Positions 41,138 to 49,338 are shown, numbered from the stretch's first letter. The stretch: DNA of 64,000 nucleotides from an uncultured virus (IMG/VR IMGVR_UViG_3300025769_000004) (IMGVR_UViG_3300025769_000004); one strand, 5' to 3'. The notes: generated from the sequence alone by a model not told the origin. Program-made: numbers and translations.

Positions 41138-41206
41138 ACCTACGAAAGCCCATACCGTTTCCAGTATGAGCTATCCTTATTTTAAATTGTAAGGCATCAT
41201 TCGTAG
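41133..41206 (-). ncRNA. Candidate structured RNA leader (three-way junction)
   Basis: Stems CTACGAA/TTCGTAG, CCTTA/TAAGG and GCTCATAC/GTATGGGC on the - strand. Confidence 0.4.
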
Positions 41207-41233
41207 TGTTTATCTAATAGCATGTTAGCTACT

Positions 41234-41734
41234 TCAATAGATATCATATTTTCGTCGTATAGTTTCCATATCAGCTTTCTCATAAATCTTTTCGTTTTTG
41301 TTAGCTACTGTATATTTTTCACCGATGTAGTAGTTCCAGTAAGCTTCAACACTACATTCGTCTTTAAATTCGTCAGGCATACATTGAGGTGGTTGTGTAA
41401 AACCATTACTCGGTATACCTACAGGTATTCTGTATAATGGTAAGAAACATTTAGTAATTGATAAATGTGTTTTACCGTATCGTTTAGTATATTCTTTGCC
41501 TAGAGCAACCATATGGTCAAATAACCACATATAGTGCTCATCACTTTCACGTGTCCATATTGTAGATGGATGGTTGTAATGAGCTTTTTTATATGGTACG
41601 TCTGTATCTTCATCGTAATGATGATGTGCCGTACAAAGCATCTGGGCTGATTCTAAGATCATCTTAACAACATGCTTGTTGTATTGTACCTTAGCGGCAA
41701 TAACTGGGTCTTTATGTAAATAAAATATATTCAT
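41234..41734 (-). CDS. Pyrimidine-dimer DNA glycosylase/endonuclease V-like protein
   Basis: MNIFYL..DP..AA, KHVVKMILESAQML, NHPS..W, EY..RYGK.H, PQCMPD. Confidence 0.75.
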   Translation of the reverse strand: MNIFYLHKDPVIAAKVQYNKHVVKMILESAQMLCTAHHHYDEDTDVPYKKAHYNHPSTIWTRESDEHYMWLFDHMVALGKEYTKRYGKTHLSITKCFLPLYRIPVGIPSNGFTQPPQCMPDEFKDECSVEAYWNYYIGEKYTVANKNEKIYEKADMETIRRKYDIY

Positions 41735-42585
41735 TCGTAGTTACGTAGACATTTAAATAGTGGGTGTCTGTAAGAACCTGCTGGAGTTCGTTGAAAGTAA
41801 GTAAATGTAGCTATTTGACCTATGTAGTCGTGTATATTTTCTAGTAAATCTGCCATACCTTCGTAGTTATAACCTTTACCTGGTGGACAACCGAATACAT
41901 TTCCGTCTTCATCTTCCATAATAAACTTACCTAGTGTACCTTCACGCTTGCCTTTGCCTACTTCATAGTTAATAATTGTAGCTTCTGCATCATGAAAGTC
42001 TTTAAACTTCATAAGATCCCATGATCTTGTACCTTTGTAATAACCGTCTAGTGTTCTGTATATACTGCCTTCGTAACCTAGTTTTAGGTTTTTTTGGTGT
42101 AGTAATGCAGCATCATCAAAGTCTAGTGCAACTTTTGTTTCAGTAATTACTAAACAATTGCTAGTTCTTACCATACTAGAGTCAGTTAATCTGTTAATGA
42201 ATCCCCATCGCCATGTATAAGTTGCATTTGGAAAGCTAGCTACGTCATACATATGGTATTGTACTTGCTGTGCTGCTTCAATTCTGTCATCTTTAGTTGG
42301 TTTTTTCTTTTTAACTAATGATATAATCTTGTTGAAGTCATCTTTTAAACCGTGGTTGTATAGTTCGCCGTCTAGTATTAGGTTAGGGTATCTGTTAAAC
42401 ACTGGTTTTAAGTCATATTCTATATGCTCTACATTCATAAATTGATTGCCTGCACGTGAAAAAGCACCGTCTTTTGTAAATAAACAACGCACGCCGTCAA
42501 GCTTTGGTTGAATATAAGCGGGATAGTCTGCTTTGTCAGGGTTATATTTATGAGCGAGCATAGCTTTAATCTTCGTCTCCGTCAT
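41731..42585 (-). CDS. ATP-dependent DNA ligase
   Basis: QPKLDGVR adenylation motif, LDGELY, YEGSIYR, LMKFK. Confidence 0.9.
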   Translation of the reverse strand: MTETKIKAMLAHKYNPDKADYPAYIQPKLDGVRCLFTKDGAFSRAGNQFMNVEHIEYDLKPVFNRYPNLILDGELYNHGLKDDFNKIISLVKKKKPTKDDRIEAAQQVQYHMYDVASFPNATYTWRWGFINRLTDSSMVRTSNCLVITETKVALDFDDAALLHQKNLKLGYEGSIYRTLDGYYKGTRSWDLMKFKDFHDAEATIINYEVGKGKREGTLGKFIMEDEDGNVFGCPPGKGYNYEGMADLLENIHDYIGQIATFTYFQRTPAGSYRHPLFKCLRNYE

Positions 42586-42868
42586 AATCTCCTTTTCTTA
42601 GTTTAGTTTTAATTGCATTTAATTTGCTTAATAGTATCGCTGCTTTTTCGTATTCTTCTTTGTTTTCGAAGATCATAAGCAGAGTTTGTAGTCTTGCAAG
42701 CTCACCTATCAGTGCTTCCTCTTCAGTCATAACAAAAGCTTCTTTGCTAGATTCTTGACCGTATAGATCTTGAACTGAGCTGTGGAATTCTTCGTCCCAT
42801 TGAGCTTGTTTTACTTCGAGTTTAGTGATGATAATGTCAGCTAATTCGTTCATTTGTTTTTTATCCAT
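42566..42868 (-). CDS. Hypothetical protein with UVR-like C-terminal helix pair
   Basis: EEYEKAAILLSKL motif. Confidence 0.5.
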   Translation of the reverse strand: MDKKQMNELADIIITKLEVKQAQWDEEFHSSVQDLYGQESSKEAFVMTEEEALIGELARLQTLLMIFENKEEYEKAAILLSKLNAIKTKLRKGDYDGDED

Positions 42869-42902
42869 ATTATATTATCTTTACTTATTTGTATTTAGTT
42901 TG

Positions 42903-43424
42903 TTATTTTTGAATTATCCAAACTTTTGCTTTCATTTTATTTATAGTAGTATCACAGTTTGTAATTTTCTTCAAAGGTAGTTTAGAATTTTTAATTAAAA
43001 CTATAGGTGTAGTAGCTTTTAAGCAAATAAAAATTGTGTTTTTAGATGAATTATCAAAACAAAACTTTACTAAATCATTATCAAAGCAAATATCATTTAA
43101 ATAAACAATGGTTGCTTCTTTTAATATTTCTAAGTAATCTACAATATTTCCATGTATTAAGTTACAAGTTGGAAATTTTAAAACTGCTTGATCATGTCTA
43201 ACTTTTACTTTTTCAATACCAAACGCTTTTATTTTAGCTATTTTTTGAAAGTCATTGACTACTTCACCTGTTCCACTTCCTATATCTAAAAAAACGTCTG
43301 ATTTATTTATTTGTTTTATTTCTTTATTTATAACTTTTATTATTTCTTCAACTGCTTCAGTAGGTGTTCTACCATAAGTTTCATTTTTTAAATTTCTTAA
43401 TTTATTTAAATCAAATTTTTCCAT
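42903..43424 (-). CDS. Class I SAM-dependent methyltransferase, DOT1-like
   Basis: TYG, DVFLDIGSGTGEVV, AFGIE, IHGN, ATIVYLNDICF. Confidence 0.7.
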   Translation of the reverse strand: MEKFDLNKLRNLKNETYGRTPTEAVEEIIKVINKEIKQINKSDVFLDIGSGTGEVVNDFQKIAKIKAFGIEKVKVRHDQAVLKFPTCNLIHGNIVDYLEILKEATIVYLNDICFDNDLVKFCFDNSSKNTIFICLKATTPIVLIKNSKLPLKKITNCDTTINKMKAKVWIIQK

Positions 43425-43445
43425 ATTTTTTTTTTATTATTTTTA

Positions 43446-43485
43446 CCACGAAAAGCCCGTACCTTTTGAGTACGAGCGAACGTGG
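43446..43485 (-). terminator. Hairpin, probable terminator
   Basis: GCTCGTAC-tcaaaag-GTACGGGC-TTTT enclosed by CCACG/CGTGG. Confidence 0.55.
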
Positions 43486-43500
43486 ATAACTAAACTACTA

Positions 43501-43770
43501 CTAATCTAACAACACGTAGTAAGCTTCAGGGTTATTCACCCTAAACCAGTTTAATGCTTTTTGAAATTCACTTATTCTTTTATTTGTCATAGTGCTAGGT
43601 GATGAGTCAAATACCATTTGACAACCTATAATAAAGTCGTAAATGCTTAGTTCTAAGCCAGTTAGCTCATAACTATCACCTGAGAAAGGATTAGTTACTG
43701 TCTCACCCTTTGTATATATCATGCCTTTAAACCACTTCGGTGCTGTCGGCTTCTTCGTTTTCGATTTCAT
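43501..43770 (-). CDS. Hypothetical early protein
   Basis: 89-aa ORF. Confidence 0.6.
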   Translation of the reverse strand: MKSKTKKPTAPKWFKGMIYTKGETVTNPFSGDSYELTGLELSIYDFIIGCQMVFDSSPSTMTNKRISEFQKALNWFRVNNPEAYYVLLD

Positions 43771-44182
43771 ATTCTTCTTTTAAGTATGCAATTTCTTCTA
43801 ATGTGATGTCTAGTTCTTCATCTTCTATAATATCTTCTACATTTTCTGCAAATAATTCTAATAGTTTATCTTCAATATAGCAGTCTTCATAAATACCATC
43901 GTCAATATAGAATGTTCTATCACCGTATCTTATTTGCTCTGAAAACTGATCTGCTATGTCGTGGTCATAATAAAACACGTTTTCACATACATGTACATTT
44001 CTAGTGTCATTAGTTACTACAAATACATCATAGCCATCTGCTGTTGATTCATTGTATATAGTACAATCATTGTTTTCAAAGTCACTGATATCAGTTGATA
44101 TTGATATTTCTAAATGATTTTTGACTAGCTCGATCATTCTTGATTCAAGCATTCCGCCTTCTCTTGGTATCTTATAGCTCAT
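43727..44182 (-). CDS. Acidic hypothetical early protein
   Basis: 151 aa, very D/E-rich. Confidence 0.6.
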   Translation of the reverse strand: MSYKIPREGGMLESRMIELVKNHLEISISTDISDFENNDCTIYNESTADGYDVFVVTNDTRNVHVCENVFYYDHDIADQFSEQIRYGDRTFYIDDGIYEDCYIEDKLLELFAENVEDIIEDEELDITLEEIAYLKEEYEIENEEADSTEVV

Positions 44183-44522
44183 AATTTAATTTTTTAATTG
44201 TGTATAAAAATAATGCTTTTAGCCTTGCTTGTCTAGACCATATTCTCATTCTAGCTTTAACAGTTGCTTCGTATTTTTGACCGTTTTGGCCTATAGCTTT
44301 GTGAGGTATTTTATAAGTAGGGTTTAACTGATAGCATTTACCTACACCTGTTGGTTTAGCTTCTGCATACATGTTTCTTCTGATGTAACCTGTTGTATGC
44401 TCTGACACTACTTGACCTGTAGGTAGCTTGAAAGCTGTAGTACCATTGTTTCTTTGTCTTTCTGTCGTTACATTCTTAGCACCTAGTGCTTGTAATGCTT
44501 TTTCGTATTCGTTTTCTGTCAT
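44172..44522 (-). CDS. Hypothetical early protein
   Basis: 116-aa ORF coupled to its neighbours. Confidence 0.55.
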   Translation of the reverse strand: MTENEYEKALQALGAKNVTTERQRNNGTTAFKLPTGQVVSEHTTGYIRRNMYAEAKPTGVGKCYQLNPTYKIPHKAIGQNGQKYEATVKARMRIWSRQARLKALFLYTIKKLNYEL

Positions 44523-44755
44523 TAGATTTTAGTATTAAATAGATGATCGCCGTACATTAAGTCCATTTGAGTAGTTTGGTACAATTCGCTGTTGCTAAAT
44601 GTATTCAAAGTTCTAACTTCATCAATAGTTAGTTCACTATATCTATTTTTGGTTTGTAATTGTTCAAAGATTGAGCTGATGCTTACTCTATATTCTGCAT
44701 AGTTTGCTTCAAGCTTAGCTTTGATTTCTGGTTTAAGTTGGTCGTATAGTGTCAT
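44522..44755 (-). CDS. Hypothetical early protein
   Basis: 77-aa ORF. Confidence 0.55.
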   Translation of the reverse strand: MTLYDQLKPEIKAKLEANYAEYRVSISSIFEQLQTKNRYSELTIDEVRTLNTFSNSELYQTTQMDLMYGDHLFNTKI

Positions 44756-44928
44756 ATAGTTATATTTAGTTTAGATTTAATACCTTTAGCTACATCAGGG
44801 TAATAGCCTACAGTAAATATAGGTCTTTTACCTTCAGCTTCTAAAGCTTCAATTTCTTTGTTAATTTCTGTTACATATAGTTTCAGTGCTTCACTGACTA
44901 TATATTGTTCGTGTCCGTTTAATTTCAT
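44752..44928 (-). CDS. Small early protein (not in ORF track)
   Basis: 58 aa MKLNGHEQYIVSEALK...; ATG 3 nt after a promoter repeat; ATGA overlap with the next gene. Confidence 0.6.
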   Translation of the reverse strand: MKLNGHEQYIVSEALKLYVTEINKEIEALEAEGKRPIFTVGYYPDVAKGIKSKLNITI

Positions 44929-44935
44929 ATTTATA

Positions 44936-45379
44936 TTATCTATTAGTAATCGTATTTAGTTTGTAACATAATTGCTTAATCTTGTTATACTGCAACTCTG
45001 ATATTTCAAAGTTGTTAAGCGAGCGAGTTAAATAACGCTCTGCAATATCTTTGTCAACATCTAAGTAGTCGATGTAAGTTTTACCTATGTGCTCGAACAA
45101 ATTGTCATTACCTACATAAGAGGTTGAGCATCCATCGTACTGATATTTAGTTTTACGTTGACTTGAGCCTTTAGTAATAGCTCTGAGTGTACCGAAACCG
45201 GCACGTTTTGTTAGTTTTGATGCTTGATCTGCATCACTACGTGACATTACTTGAATAGTATTGCCAGTTTTGTGGTTTATAGTATCGATACAGCCGAGTT
45301 TTTCTTCTGTAGAGCACTCGATGCAAGTCGTGTAGCCGAGTGCTAGTCTTTGTTTTGGTATATTGTGCGTACATTTCAT
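44936..45379 (-). CDS. Protein with TraR/DksA-like zinc-finger N-terminus
   Basis: MKC..NIPKQRLALGYTTCIEC. Confidence 0.5.
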   Translation of the reverse strand: MKCTHNIPKQRLALGYTTCIECSTEEKLGCIDTINHKTGNTIQVMSRSDADQASKLTKRAGFGTLRAITKGSSQRKTKYQYDGCSTSYVGNDNLFEHIGKTYIDYLDVDKDIAERYLTRSLNNFEISELQYNKIKQLCYKLNTITNR

Positions 45380-45410
45380 ATATATATATATTATCTTATA
45401 GTAATCGTAT

Positions 45411-45767
45411 TTAGTTTGTAATATTTTTCATTACTTCATATAGTATATCTCCATGGTGTTCATGATAGAATTCAAACCATTCATCTTCAAACTGCTCATA
45501 ACCTGCTTCAGTTAAGTAGTTTTGTGATTGGAATACGTAGTGATTACCCATCTCGGTGCATACTTTTTCAAATATTACATCAGACAAATGTCTGGTTATC
45601 TTATCTACTATTAGTATTTTAGCTTCTTCGACAGGATCTAGTGGACATCTATTTTCTTTCATTTCTTCTGAATTATTCGCTTTGTCAGCCCATTGTTCAT
45701 AATCATTATTACCTGTGTAATACTCTTTAGTTTGCCTTATTTCATTCATTGTTCTTTCCTTCGCCAT
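45411..45767 (-). CDS. Hypothetical early protein
   Basis: 118 aa; stop codon lies inside a promoter repeat. Confidence 0.55.
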   Translation of the reverse strand: MAKERTMNEIRQTKEYYTGNNDYEQWADKANNSEEMKENRCPLDPVEEAKILIVDKITRHLSDVIFEKVCTEMGNHYVFQSQNYLTEAGYEQFEDEWFEFYHEHHGDILYEVMKNITN

Positions 45768-45870
45768 AATTCTTGTGTTTAGTTTTACGTGTATATTTCT
45801 TTTTATTCTTTTCTACTGAAGGCTTCATAGCATCGTATATCTCCTTCATTGTTACTTTTATTATTTTCAT
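45742..45870 (-). CDS. 42-aa basic ArfA-like peptide (not in ORF track)
   Basis: MKIIKVTMKEIYDAMKPSVEKNKKKYTRKTKHKNYGEGKNNE. Confidence 0.55.
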   Translation of the reverse strand: MKIIKVTMKEIYDAMKPSVEKNKKKYTRKTKHKNYGEGKNNE

Positions 45871-45872
45871 AG

Positions 45873-45986
45873 AGCGAGAGAGAGGATTCGAACCTCTCAT
45901 GTCTAGAACAGTTCAACTAACCACATAAGATTGCTGATGTGTTAAAGGTATCATCTTAATACCAATTAGTTCTACCTGACCTCGCT
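45873..45986 (-). ncRNA. tRNA-like structured RNA (acceptor-like stem plus T arm, non-canonical interior)
   Basis: AGCGAGG/TCTCGCT terminal stem, GAGAGG-TTCGAAT-CCTCTC T arm, TAGAAC/GTTCTA stem enclosing two further hairpins. Confidence 0.65.
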
Positions 45987-46134
45987 GTCCAAGTTGAGCC
46001 GTCACTCAACCCCACTGTTTTTCTCCGGTGTAAAGTGTTTGGAGTCGTGGTTTAATTAAAGAAGTGTAAGAGTAGTTTCGCCGTCCAGACTCTATTAGTG
46101 GTTTGCATTTAAGCCGGTCACTTCTTAATTTGTT

Positions 46135-46278
46135 TTAATTTACTACAAAAGTTAAACCTTTGTAATTGAACCATGAGTTACACTCTTCAGGTATGCTGTC
46201 TATAGTGTAACCTTTTACTTTCTTGCCGTCTAGCTTGATCACTGATCTGTTGCTAGGATAAAATTTAATTGTTTTCAT
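46135..46278 (-). CDS. Small early protein (not in ORF track)
   Basis: 47 aa MKTIKFYPSNRSVIKLDGKKV...; ATG 3 nt after a promoter repeat. Confidence 0.6.
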   Translation of the reverse strand: MKTIKFYPSNRSVIKLDGKKVKGYTIDSIPEECNSWFNYKGLTFVVN

Positions 46279-46317
46279 ATATATATTATCTATTAGTATT
46301 TGTATTTAGTTTGTTAT

Positions 46318-46428
46318 TTACGAAAAACATTGTTCGATGTGATCTAACACCCATTCTTGTTCGTTATTACCTAATTGAGTAAAGTCCATGCCAAACTCTG
46401 CATTAGCTACTACATTTTCAAAATCCAT
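46318..46428 (-). CDS. Small early protein (not in ORF track)
   Basis: 36 aa MDFENVVANAEFGMDFTQL...; ends next to a promoter repeat. Confidence 0.45.
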   Translation of the reverse strand: MDFENVVANAEFGMDFTQLGNNEQEWVLDHIEQCFS

Positions 46429-46431
46429 AAT

Positions 46432-46560
46432 TCATTTTTTAGTTAATTTTCTTACTTCTGCACCAAGTTCTTGGTCGTTAGAGTATTTTGTTTCTAATTC
46501 TTTTACTTGTAACCATCTTAGTTTAGTAATGGTATCGTATTCTTTTCTTAATTCAAACAT
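46432..46560 (-). CDS. Small early protein (not in ORF track)
   Basis: 42 aa ending KYSNDQELGAEVRKLTKK. Confidence 0.5.
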   Translation of the reverse strand: MFELRKEYDTITKLRWLQVKELETKYSNDQELGAEVRKLTKK

Positions 46561-46726
46561 GTGTAGTATATAAAGGATCTATTATTAATTCACCATCAAA
46601 GATTTTCCTTGCTTGGTTGTGAGCGTATTGCCACTTTTGAGTTTCTGTACCACATTTCTGTGTAGTACCGTAGTATCCGGCTAAGATATCTTTTGTTATA
46701 GCCTCTATTTTTTGTATTTCAGTCAT
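46553..46726 (-). CDS. Small early protein (not in ORF track)
   Basis: 57 aa MTEIQKIEAITKDILAGYYG... Confidence 0.5.
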   Translation of the reverse strand: MTEIQKIEAITKDILAGYYGTTQKCGTETQKWQYAHNQARKIFDGELIIDPLYTTHV

Positions 46727-46828
46727 AATCGTATATTAATTCTTGTATTTCCATAAATAGCATGTCATCTATTTCATCTTTCGTGTACCTATCTTTGTGT
46801 AGTTGGTAAGCTACTTCCCATGGACATT

Positions 46829-47113
46829 TCATATTAATTCTAGTTTGTTTAATAATTCTTGTGACTTTTTCTTTAACATAGCATCTTCATGAGCTGAATG
46901 TAGCATTCTACATAGTAGAGTTTCCATTTCGTGCCATTGTATAGCAAACGATCTTTCATCACTATTTGTTCTAGAAATATCGTAGAAACTACTATTATTG
47001 TATGGATCTCTAAACTTTTTTTCTATATTACTTACAAATGCTTTTACTTCTGTTCTTATTTCTTCAGCTATTTTTTGTTGTAAAGCTTTTTCTATTGCAT
47101 TAGTACTAGTCAT
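46829..47113 (-). CDS. Hypothetical early protein
   Basis: 94-aa ORF. Confidence 0.55.
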   Translation of the reverse strand: MTSTNAIEKALQQKIAEEIRTEVKAFVSNIEKKFRDPYNNSSFYDISRTNSDERSFAIQWHEMETLLCRMLHSAHEDAMLKKKSQELLNKLELI

Positions 47114-47251
47114 TTCTTTTTATTCTTTAGTTCGTTAATCACATTTTTAAGCGTGTGAATATCACTTTGACACTTCTTCATTGCTATTTTATTACCCGTG
47201 CCTTGGTAAAACTCATTCCATGAGTATAGGTTTTGTAGTTGTTTTATTTTT

Positions 47252-47455
47252 TTACTTATCATTTTGTTTTTTATTTAAGTCGTATATTACTGTTTCAATT
47301 ATTAAATAGTATGTTTTTGCATTAGAATGAGGTATTTCACCGTATTCATAGTCTTCTTTGATCCACCTTTTCAATGTTTCTAGATTTTTGACTGTTTTGT
47401 CATGCTTTTGCACATTACAACTTGTTAATGCTATTATTAGTATTAGTTTCTTCAT
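47252..47455 (-). CDS. Small putative lipoprotein
   Basis: MKKLILIIALTSC lipobox. Confidence 0.6.
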   Translation of the reverse strand: MKKLILIIALTSCNVQKHDKTVKNLETLKRWIKEDYEYGEIPHSNAKTYYLIIETVIYDLNKKQNDK

Positions 47456-47599
47456 TAAAAGAAAGTTTGTATTATTTCAACAACTACCATTACCATTGCC
47501 GGTATCCATATTGACAAGAATATACCTGTCATACAGTAAGCATATATTTTTAGCATCTTTTCTTCGACTGCTTTATAACAAAACTTTATTATTGCTTGT

Positions 47600-47860
47600 T
47601 TAACCATTATTATATTGTTTTACTTTGGTTATTAACTCGTGTATTTCTTCGTTTGGAAAGGTAGAATACACCTCGTCTACCTTATTACTTACAAAATCGT
47701 AAGTGAATGCTTTTGTTTTTACACCGAATGGTGACAATATCATATCTCGTTTAGTCCAACCGTAAGGAGATTTTTGTACTCGGTTGATCACTAACTTGAT
47801 GTAGTCGTCATCGAGAATGATGGCGTCGAGATATTTAGTTGATATGTATTTGTTATTCAT
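47600..47860 (-). CDS. Hypothetical early protein
   Basis: 86 aa; ATG 2 nt after a promoter repeat. Confidence 0.6.
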   Translation of the reverse strand: MNNKYISTKYLDAIILDDDYIKLVINRVQKSPYGWTKRDMILSPFGVKTKAFTYDFVSNKVDEVYSTFPNEEIHELITKVKQYNNG

Positions 47861-48061
47861 ATTATATTATCTTTTACTTATTGTATTTAGTTTGTGATAT
47901 ATGCCCATAGTATTGTTACTACTGCGCATAGTATGAAGTATAACATTACTTCGCCACCTGTTGTTGAAAAATCAGTTTTCTTTTTCATTTTATTATTTCT
48001 CTTATTATATCGATTAGTATTATAGTAGTAATTGTTAATGGTGCTATTGATATTAGTAAAA

Positions 48062-48256
48062 TCATAGTATTTGAGTTAATATTTCATAGTGATCTTCTTG
48101 TTGAGATTTACTTAGTTCAAGGAATTTACCTTCTACTTTATACCCATGAAGATGGTTTATAATTTGCTGTTCGAGTTCAGCTCTGTTTACTGTCTTTTCC
48201 ATTTCTTTGAATGCTTTCGACCATGACCAATTACTTGGTGAGTTAGGATTATACAT
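48062..48256 (-). CDS. Hypothetical early protein
   Basis: 64 aa with ATAACTATG start context. Confidence 0.55.
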   Translation of the reverse strand: MYNPNSPSNWSWSKAFKEMEKTVNRAELEQQIINHLHGYKVEGKFLELSKSQQEDHYEILTQIL

Positions 48257-48454
48257 AGTTATTTTTTGTTTTTAGTTATATACTTAGCAACTTGTAGTTC
48301 AATTGCCATATTTAGTTCATCAAAGAGTTTAGAGTATTTACTTTCATATACATTGTCAAGTGAATATCTTTCTTCACCATTTATAATCATCTCATAAATG
48401 TCATTATCTTCATCTATTTTTATAGTTATAGTTTTCATAGTTATTAGTTTAAGT

Positions 48455-48691
48455 TTAAACTATTTCTGCTAAGTTTCTAGCGAAAGCTGGAACAGTATTA
48501 GAGTTAGTATAACTTTTGTATTCTTGAAAACACTTCATTGATTCAAACTTTTCTTGAAATGTTGAGTAAATCTCATCATGGTCATAAGTAAAAGTTACAT
48601 CTTTATTATTAGTGAAAGTTATTATTGCATTCTCGCCGATTAGTGACTTTCTTATTACAAATCTTTTTGTTGTTAAATTATTAGTTTTCAT
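48455..48691 (-). CDS. Early protein, paralogue A
   Basis: 78 aa; aligns by eye with 49339..49551. Confidence 0.65.
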   Translation of the reverse strand: MKTNNLTTKRFVIRKSLIGENAIITFTNNKDVTFTYDHDEIYSTFQEKFESMKCFQEYKSYTNSNTVPAFARNLAEIV

Positions 48692-48979
48692 AGTTATTAT
48701 ATTTATTTATTTATTAATTAGTTTGTTATATTTATATTATCTTTACTTGTTTGTATTTACATTGTAATATAGTCTATTACTATTATTACACAAAATACTA
48801 CTACCATTGCTATTAATACTTCATTTGCAGTTTTTTCTTCTTTTTTATTATTATATTTATTCATTTGAATTTAGTTTAAAGGTGTATATTTGTTTATTAG
48901 TTTAAAAGTTAGTTATAGTTCTACACTTGTTATCTCAATATCTTACATAGATATTAAAATAAATTAGTTATTTTAAGTG

Positions 48980-49022
48980 TGACATTAGCTAGTTAATATA
49001 TAATAGTAACAGGCTATTGTCA
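48980..49022. promoter_or_regulatory. Palindromic site, copy 2
   Basis: TGACATTAGC-N23-GCTATTGTCA. Confidence 0.6.
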
Positions 49023-49026
49023 TAGT

Positions 49027-49272
49027 TTACTCTTGATTAGTATTAATTAGTAAATAAGACTCGTCAGACAAGTGACATGAGTGATGAGTGAATTCTATAT
49101 TATACTTTATTAATTCTTTAGCTACTTTCATTATATTATGAATAAACGAGTAGACGATGAGATAATCTTCAGTATTATAGTTTAGTCGCTCGAATAGTTC
49201 AGAGTAATCTGGATTATCGATGAGGTATTCGTGGTTTTCATTTAGTATTGGTAATTTAGTTAAATTTATCAT
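49027..49272 (-). CDS. Hypothetical early protein
   Basis: 81 aa downstream of a promoter repeat. Confidence 0.5.
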   Translation of the reverse strand: MINLTKLPILNENHEYLIDNPDYSELFERLNYNTEDYLIVYSFIHNIMKVAKELIKYNIEFTHHSCHLSDESYLLINTNQE

Positions 49273-49338
49273 TGTTATTAGTTTTTATTAGTTATATTAT
49301 ATTATCTATTGATAGTCGTATTTACATTGTAATTATTA

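Noticed and set aside
41140..41206. Hammerhead ribozyme
   Set aside because: The topology is similar, but the core reads AUGAUGC/GAUA instead of CUGANGA/GAAA, breaking several essential positions.
45873..45986. Canonical tRNA or full tmRNA gene
   Set aside because: No proper D arm or 7-nt anticodon loop, no Ala-type GGGG acceptor with G3-U70, and too short to hold a tag reading frame.
46070..46100. Hammerhead-like CUAAUAGA-GUC..GGC-GAAAC on the - strand
   Set aside because: G5 is missing, there is an extra base in the core, and no convincing stems I and III.
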